IMG/VR virus record: IMGVR_UViG_3300045988_023605 | Span: 1 to 19,032 of that record | DNA length: 19,032 bases | Source: a virus | Strand: one strand, 5' to 3' | The notes under the pieces: model-generated | Database searches by the model: none | What the model saw: the letters and a program-made list of their open reading frames with translations, nothing else | What the model was told of the DNA's origin: nothing | Part shown: positions 1 through 4,353 of the stretch, piece after piece | Numbering within the stretch: the stretch's first letter is position 1 | Layout of the letters: each line of letters opens with the position of its first letter | Made by a program: the position numbers and the translations under genes

Positions 1-107
1 GAGGGGTGTGGGTTTGTGTGAAGATTTTCCCTTGTGGTTTTTTTTATTTGTGTATTATTTTTTTTTGTTCTGCGTCTCCGTTGACGCTTTGTTTTGTTTA
101 CGCCTCT

Positions 108-136
108 ATTATATTTTTTTTGCGCTTGCCTGTCAA
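108..136 (-). promoter_or_regulatory. Outward-facing consensus promoter TTGACA-17 nt-TATAAT (left ITR copy)
   Basis: On the minus strand: TTGACA (136->131), a 17-nt spacer GGCAAGCGCAAAAAAAA, then TATAAT (113->108). The predicted start near 101 points at the genome end (position 1). Confidence 0.6.
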
Positions 137-145
137 GTTTTTTTA

Positions 146-162
146 TTTTCGGGCGTGTCGTT
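146..162 (+). repeat. 17-nt direct repeat TTTTCGGGCGTGTCGTT, copy 1 in the ITR
   Basis: Identical 17-mer at 146-162 and 286-302, mirrored in the right ITR. The core CGTGTCGTT recurs at 7924, 13375 and 16473. Confidence 0.9.
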
Positions 163-170
163 TTTTTTTA

Positions 171-185
171 TTGACACTGTGTCAA
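171..185. promoter_or_regulatory. 15-bp palindrome TTGACAC-T-GTGTCAA (candidate operator overlapping a -35-like TTGACA)
   Basis: Perfect 7-bp arms around a single central base. It contains TTGACA on both strands. The matching -10 on the plus strand is poor (TATATG/TATGCA around 192-199). Confidence 0.45.
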
Positions 186-220
186 TGGTTGTATATGCAA
201 CAATCTGCGTTCGGCTAGGT

Positions 221-238
221 TACGGTTACGTAACCGTA
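221..238. repeat. 18-bp perfect palindrome TACGGTTACGTAACCGTA in the ITR (mirror at 18795-18812)
   Basis: The sequence reads identically on both strands. It overlaps a GGTTAC GGTTAC tandem. Function unknown. Confidence 0.9.
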
Positions 239-285
239 GCTATCGGCCGTTCTGTGGTTGTCTTTTATTTTTTTGCTTTGTTTTG

Positions 286-302
286 TTTTCGGGCGTGTCG
301 TT
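286..302 (+). repeat. 17-nt direct repeat TTTTCGGGCGTGTCGTT, copy 2 in the ITR
   Basis: Identical to 146-162 and 140 bp downstream of it. It lies just upstream of the inward early promoter. Confidence 0.9.
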
Positions 303-312
303 GTTTTGTTTG

Positions 313-326
313 TGTTATGATATAAC
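313..326 (+). promoter_or_regulatory. Inward early promoter in the left ITR (extended -10)
   Basis: TGtTATGAT (313-321) overlaps TGaTATAAC (318-326). It lies 28-35 nt upstream of ATG 354, with the RBS AAGGGAAAGGAAA between them. Confidence 0.6.
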
Positions 327-353
327 TATCAAGTTCAAGGGAAAGGAAATAAA

Positions 354-611
354 ATGATTAAGGTTAATGCTTACGTTATCGAGATTGAGACGGATAATGT
401 ATATAAAGTTGGTATCGAAGATGTGTATACCGGCACTGTTTGTAATAATGGTTTGGTCGATAATTCTGTTACCACTTTTGATTCTGCTCTCTCTTCGGTT
501 ATTGAGTCAATGTTGAGCTTTGATTATGACTATATTGAGGTTGCTCAGGGCCTCTCGAAAAAGGGGCGTCCGTGTCGTAAGTATGTTATCTCAATTGATA
601 ACGGCGACTGA
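354..611 (+). CDS. Hypothetical early protein (85 aa), the only plus-strand gene
   Basis: The ATG is preceded by the RBS AAGGGAAAGGA, which lies inside the ITR. It ends at TGA 609-611 and is followed by a bidirectional terminator. I recognise no motif. Confidence 0.7.
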   Translation: MIKVNAYVIEIETDNVYKVGIEDVYTGTVCNNGLVDNSVTTFDSALSSVIESMLSFDYDYIEVAQGLSKKGRPCRKYVISIDNGD

Positions 612-626
612 CATAAAAAGTAAAAA

Positions 627-649
627 CCCCTAGGCCAACAGTCTAGGGG
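627..649. terminator. Bidirectional intrinsic terminator between convergent genes
   Basis: Hairpin CCCCTAG-N9-CTAGGGG, flanked by AAAAA upstream and CTTTATT downstream, so a U-run follows on both strands. Confidence 0.75.
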
Positions 650-660
650 CTTTATTCATG

Positions 661-1323
661 TCATACGAGATATTGTGTCGTGCCGTTTACGGCTTTTAGT
701 GCGACGTATCGTGTCTTGCCTGACCCGCCTACGTAGTGCGCCCAAATATACCCGCCTGCGATTATGCCGCCACTCATGAGGTTGACAGTCTGTCCTTTGC
801 GGTATTGTGCCACTACTGCACCGTGGATACTTGGTGCTGAACGTACGTTAAGCACTGGTACGTTGACGCGATAGGTGCGTGCGGTGATTGCGACGGTGTT
901 GTTGTTACTGTTGCCGGTGCTGTTTCGTGGATGGAAATAGCCAATGATGCCGTTTTTGCTGATATCGAGGTATCCGGCGCGGTTGGGGTTTTGGCTGATA
1001 GTTTGCAGAGTACCGTTGCCGTTGTCTTTGATCACGACGGCAACGTGGTTCATTCCGCTGCGTTTCCAAAAAGCCACGTCACCGTAAACGGGCGTATAGC
1101 TTGCTGATTTTTGCTCAAACGTGTTTTGCAGTGCTTTGGAACGATCGTATCGTTGTGTGTACACGCTTGCGGCGTAGCCATCCACCGTGTTCGTATCGGC
1201 GGCTGGAATACCGTACACGTTGCGCGCGTAGGAACTCCATAAGTCCCAGCATTGGCCACCATATGCGCCGTCCATGTCAATTGTTTTGCCATTGACTGAG
1301 TTAATCCACTCTTGGATATTCAT
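661..1323 (-). CDS. Endolysin: N-terminal CHAP amidase/peptidase plus C-terminal SH3b-like cell-wall-binding domain
   Basis: CHAP signature: DMDGAYGGQCWDLW (Cys), GDVAFW, HVAVVI (His), SQNPN. The C-terminal YRVNVPVLNVRSAPS...GYIWAHY is SH3b-like. The RBS AAGGAG sits 6 nt before the ATG. Confidence 0.9.
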   Translation of the reverse strand: MNIQEWINSVNGKTIDMDGAYGGQCWDLWSSYARNVYGIPAADTNTVDGYAASVYTQRYDRSKALQNTFEQKSASYTPVYGDVAFWKRSGMNHVAVVIKDNGNGTLQTISQNPNRAGYLDISKNGIIGYFHPRNSTGNSNNNTVAITARTYRVNVPVLNVRSAPSIHGAVVAQYRKGQTVNLMSGGIIAGGYIWAHYVGGSGKTRYVALKAVNGTTQYLV

Positions 1324-1333
1324 TTTTCGCTCC

Positions 1334-1510
1334 TTACATTGTTTGTGTCAGATATAATGTTGCCGTCACCCACGGTGTTGCCGTGATTAGCATGAAGATG
1401 AATGCGGCATGGTGGAATTGCGGATATTGGACGGCGTAGGACGCGAACCACATCGTAAGCCCTATAGTCGTGAGTCCGCTTAGTATCCAATATGAGATGA
1501 TTGTGTTCAT
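1334..1510 (-). CDS. Small two-TM membrane protein (58 aa) in the lysis cassette; not in the ORF track (<60 aa)
   Basis: Hand translation gives MNTIISYWILSGLTTIGLTMWFASYAVQYPQFHHAAFIFMLITATPWVTATLYLTQTM. Its ATG overlaps the holin stop (ATGA at 1510-1507). Its TAA overlaps the endolysin RBS (TAAGGAG). Confidence 0.55.
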   Translation of the reverse strand: MNTIISYWILSGLTTIGLTMWFASYAVQYPQFHHAAFIFMLITATPWVTATLYLTQTM

Positions 1511-1869
1511 TTTCTGTGCTTAGCGTTAGGCGTGTTCTGTGCGAAAATCTGCATGAATGGCGCGTCCGCCAATTCCGGATTAATTACAGTGATATTTTCA
1601 AGGATTGACGTGAGTTCGATTAGGCATATTCCTCCGACTGTGCAGACGAATACGGATACCGGCAGCCCCAAGTCAACATGCAGGTTAACTTCATCGATAA
1701 ACCATGCTGTCAACGTGAGGATTATATAGGCGAACTTGTGGCCTAATCCCTCACGCATTTTTTTCGAGCTTAAATTGTCCTGCATGATGGCTTTCGCCAC
1801 GCCGGTGATGTAATCCGTGGCGATGAAGAACGTCACTGCGATAGCACACCATACGTCCGCTGTTGTCAT
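1507..1869 (-). CDS. Holin (phage_holin_4 / TcdE-like family)
   Basis: 120 aa with about 3 TM segments. The N-terminal pattern DYITGVAKAI...SSKKMREGLGHK is typical of that holin family. It lies adjacent to the endolysin. Confidence 0.85.
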   Translation of the reverse strand: MTTADVWCAIAVTFFIATDYITGVAKAIMQDNLSSKKMREGLGHKFAYIILTLTAWFIDEVNLHVDLGLPVSVFVCTVGGICLIELTSILENITVINPELADAPFMQIFAQNTPNAKHRK

Positions 1870-1884
1870 TGTTATTGTTCCTTC

Positions 1885-2952
1885 CTATTTGCCTAGCAGT
1901 TTTCCGATTATCAAACCAAAATCTGCTTTGACTTGTGAGTCGTCGAATCGTATTTTGCCAAGTCGGTAGCCGGTAGTGAGTCGCCTTATTATATCGTCTG
2001 ACTTTTTGACGTACCATGTTTTTTCGTCAACGTGGTTCGGATCGAGTGTGTAGATGGGGCGAGTGTTGTCTTTTGGAATACGTCGTGAAACATATTGTGA
2101 AACATGTCCGTCACGCTCAGACACGGATATCCATATGCCGAAACGCGCATAGTCGGTGGTGTCCAAAATGTAGGACAGCTCACCGTCTGACGGTATAGAC
2201 GCTAGTAATGTGTCCGATTCATCACGGAACTTGTTGCGAATGGCGTAATCCGCATAGTCGCCGTCGTACTGCTCAAGGAATCTGCCAAACTTCGACTTGG
2301 CGACTTTGGCCGAGAAACCGCCATAGTCCGCTAGTTCGAGACAGATAAAACCGCCACAATAAAGCTTGTATTGTTGCCGGTTGGCTTGTTGTGCTCCTAT
2401 GTCAAGCCTGTATTTTGCGAAATACGGGTTAGCCTTTTGAACCGCGTTCGATAGGAATAGTACTTTTGTTCTATCCTGCCACCTGTCTACCGTATTGTAA
2501 AATTCGGAAAATGAGTTGACTTCATTACTCAAGAAACGCAGATTATCGGGGAAGATCTCGTCGAAGATAATAAGATGAACTTTTGGATAGGCCACCGACT
2601 TGAGTCCGCCCGCTTGCGAGAGGGCGACGAAATAGCAGCATGTCCGCCAATCCTTTTCATCCCACGACGTCTTATGCACCTGCCCTTTTTCGCCGTTCAC
2701 GCGAAATTCATACGAGGGGAAGAACTCTTGGATATCCTTGAAAAAGGTCTCCTTGCGGTGCTGCTCCACGTCGGTTCGGCGCAAATAAATGAACTCATGG
2801 TCATGCTTGAGATATTCTTTTATGCCGTATCGTTTCGCGGCGAACGTTTTGCCTAGGCCACGTGCGCCGATGATGAAATTCCACGGCGCGTTTCGCGTCA
2901 GCAAATTGTGCAGGTCATAATAGTCGCTCTCGTTAAGTGTTTGCAATGCCAT
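1885..2952 (-). CDS. DNA encapsidation (packaging) ATPase, phi29 gp16-like
   Basis: Blocks collinear with phi29 gp16 as I recall it: NFIIGARGLGKTFA (Walker A), FIYLRRT, LIIFDEI (Walker B), LSNAVQKANPYF and a C-terminal IRFDDS. Confidence 0.95.
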   Translation of the reverse strand: MALQTLNESDYYDLHNLLTRNAPWNFIIGARGLGKTFAAKRYGIKEYLKHDHEFIYLRRTDVEQHRKETFFKDIQEFFPSYEFRVNGEKGQVHKTSWDEKDWRTCCYFVALSQAGGLKSVAYPKVHLIIFDEIFPDNLRFLSNEVNSFSEFYNTVDRWQDRTKVLFLSNAVQKANPYFAKYRLDIGAQQANRQQYKLYCGGFICLELADYGGFSAKVAKSKFGRFLEQYDGDYADYAIRNKFRDESDTLLASIPSDGELSYILDTTDYARFGIWISVSERDGHVSQYVSRRIPKDNTRPIYTLDPNHVDEKTWYVKKSDDIIRRLTTGYRLGKIRFDDSQVKADFGLIIGKLLGK

Positions 2953-2975
2953 GCTTGCAACCCTCCTAAAAACTA

Positions 2976-3011
2976 GTGAAGGGCGTGCGCCATGACTCGC
3001 ACGCCCTTCAC
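2976..3011 (-). terminator. Strong intrinsic terminator/attenuator directly upstream of the ATPase RBS
   Basis: Perfect 14-bp stem GTGAAGGGCGTGCG-N8-CGCACGCCCTTCAC. On the minus strand it is followed by UAGUUUUUAGGAGGG, a U-run that runs into the RBS. Confidence 0.7.
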
Positions 3012-3072
3012 CAACCTATCATATGGCGGCTGTTTAAGGGGAAAGGTCATCACATAACCGCCGCCGTTATCA

Positions 3073-3081
3073 AGTATAGCA
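3073..3081 (-). promoter_or_regulatory. Extended -10 promoter TGCTATACT, 5 nt after the tail-lysin stop
   Basis: It has the same TGCTATA core as the boxes at 13418-13426 and 15929-15937. It would start a ~100-nt structured leader ending at the 2976-3011 terminator. Confidence 0.5.
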
Positions 3082-3086
3082 CACTT

Positions 3087-4310
3087 TTAGAATGCGGGCG
3101 GATTAGACTTGCCATCCCATACCGAAAGCAGAGAGTATGCCTGATTGTATCGCGTCGTGTACGGGCCGAACGGGAACGTGCTCAGAATATTGTTTTTAAG
3201 CTGTACGAGGTTAGACGCTTTCGGCACTTTCAAGGCATTGGCAGGCGATTGGTGATATGCGGTGATCCAAAGAATCTGCATTTTCGTGTCACTATATTCC
3301 TTTGGATATCCTGCGTAATCCTCCGCGAACTGCTTGCGCTGCCCCTCGCGCGACTCACCGCGTCCTGCCCACGTGCGGAACGCGGCCGCTTCCGCCGAAG
3401 TGAGCGAACGCTTGAACGCGCCGCCCGACTCCATGAGGGCCGCGATTTCAGGCGCGGCTGTTTTGAACGCTTCGTATCCGGTTGGATCGGCGGTTTTCAT
3501 TGCGTTGAGCACCTGCAATCGGCGCTCGAAACTCCATTGTGCGATACCAATGCCTTGCAAATTGGCCGCTTCGACTGCATCCCAGCGCAAACCGGCCTCA
3601 ACCGTGCCCACCACATATAAGGCGTAAGAGTTTTCGGGCGATATCGACGTTGAAGGATGCGCCTGTCCGTTATCGCTGGAAGGTTGGGATTGTGACGCTT
3701 TTTCCGAAAAATTGTTGGCGGTTGTCTTATAGAATATGCGAGTCCGCGTTCCGGCATTATCGCTTTCGTGCAAATAAAGGTTGTCGCCTTGCCAATGTAT
3801 CCACGCGCCACCACGTGCCGAGTCGGCGGAACCGTGACTATTGTCGCCTGTCGGATTCTTCTCCGTCGAAGTCGTGCCACCCCCTTCGCCAAGCGCTTTC
3901 GGATGCAGATACCCCAGAAACGCCGTCAAGTCGAAACTCATGCGCTGCGCTGGGTTAGGGTTTTGAGATAAGACGGTGATGCGTCCGTTATGCACGCCAT
4001 CCTCTATGACAATGCTCACGTGTGAGCCGGTGTGTTGGCTGGAAAAATTCCAAAACGCCACGTCCCCCTTGACGGGAGAATAGTCAGCGGGTTTCTTCTC
4101 GAAAATCTGCGCCATCTTCGCGCTCGTCGGGAAGCGCGTGTAGTTTCCCTCGGCGTAGCCGGTTGGCGTGATGCAGTCGGACACCGAAGCACCGTATAAG
4201 TCCATGCAGTATTTCGCCCACAAGTCCCAGCACTGTGCGCCATAGGCGCCGTCCATGTCCCAGTATCGGCCTTGCGTCTGTTTTATCCAATCATCAAAAG
4301 TAATAGCCAT
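3087..4310 (-). CDS. Tail-associated peptidoglycan hydrolase: N-terminal CHAP plus C-terminal lysozyme-like domain (functional analogue of phi29 gp13)
   Basis: The N-terminus has WDMDGAYGAQCWDLW, GDVAFW, HVSIVIED and SQNPN (CHAP). The C-terminus has VGTVEAG...GIGIAQWSFERR, which resembles phage tail-lysozyme domains. It sits at the end of the tail module. Confidence 0.85.
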   Translation of the reverse strand: MAITFDDWIKQTQGRYWDMDGAYGAQCWDLWAKYCMDLYGASVSDCITPTGYAEGNYTRFPTSAKMAQIFEKKPADYSPVKGDVAFWNFSSQHTGSHVSIVIEDGVHNGRITVLSQNPNPAQRMSFDLTAFLGYLHPKALGEGGGTTSTEKNPTGDNSHGSADSARGGAWIHWQGDNLYLHESDNAGTRTRIFYKTTANNFSEKASQSQPSSDNGQAHPSTSISPENSYALYVVGTVEAGLRWDAVEAANLQGIGIAQWSFERRLQVLNAMKTADPTGYEAFKTAAPEIAALMESGGAFKRSLTSAEAAAFRTWAGRGESREGQRKQFAEDYAGYPKEYSDTKMQILWITAYHQSPANALKVPKASNLVQLKNNILSTFPFGPYTTRYNQAYSLLSVWDGKSNPPAF

Positions 4311-4336
4311 GCCATTATTATAGTGGCATGGCTATT
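4302..4336 (-). promoter_or_regulatory. 13-bp perfect hairpin enclosing the tail-lysin start codon
   Basis: AATAGCCATGCCA-N9-TGGCATGGCTATT. On the minus RNA the 3' arm contains AUG GCU AUU (codons 1-3 of 3087..4310). It is followed by ACUUUUGAU. I see no Shine-Dalgarno upstream of this ATG. Confidence 0.6.
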
Positions 4337-4353
4337 GCTGGTTAGGCCGACTC

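Larger units (their letters stand above)
1..357. repeat. Left inverted terminal repeat (ITR), 357 bp
   Basis: Bases 1-357 are the exact reverse complement of 18676-19032. I checked both boundaries by hand: identity runs through ATGA at 354-357 / 18679-18676 and breaks at 358. The two spurious ORF-track proteins 8..325(+) and 18708..19025(-) are identical, which confirms it. AT-rich with many T runs, unlike the coding core. Confidence 0.97.

Noticed and set aside
171-199. Inward promoter using TTGACA at 171-176
   Set aside because: The -35 is perfect, but the best -10 candidates at the right spacing (TATATG, TATGCA) lack the conserved final T. I kept the element only as a palindrome/possible operator.
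6-325. ORFs 6..218 and 8..325 (plus strand) and their mirror images 18708..19025 and 18815..19027 inside the ITRs
   Set aside because: They are translations of T-rich low-complexity repeat DNA (Phe/Leu/Cys/Val strings). They have no RBS and overlap promoter-like elements and palindromes. Their perfect duplication simply reflects the ITR.
1751-2017. 88-aa minus-strand ORF spanning the holin/ATPase junction, and other nested minus-strand ORFs (for example 1050..1292, 3497..3892, 9599..9781, 10596..10961, 11376..11744, 12390..12695)
   Set aside because: They are out-of-frame overlaps inside confidently identified genes. Their composition is Arg/Pro/Ser-rich and they have no RBS.
2967-3066. The leader RNA upstream of the packaging ATPase, considered as the pRNA
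   Set aside because: It is only two simple stems plus a terminator. It has no 5'/3' closing helix and no pair of complementary loops. The 13245-13411 unit fits pRNA architecture much better, so this one is reported instead as an attenuator/small-RNA candidate.
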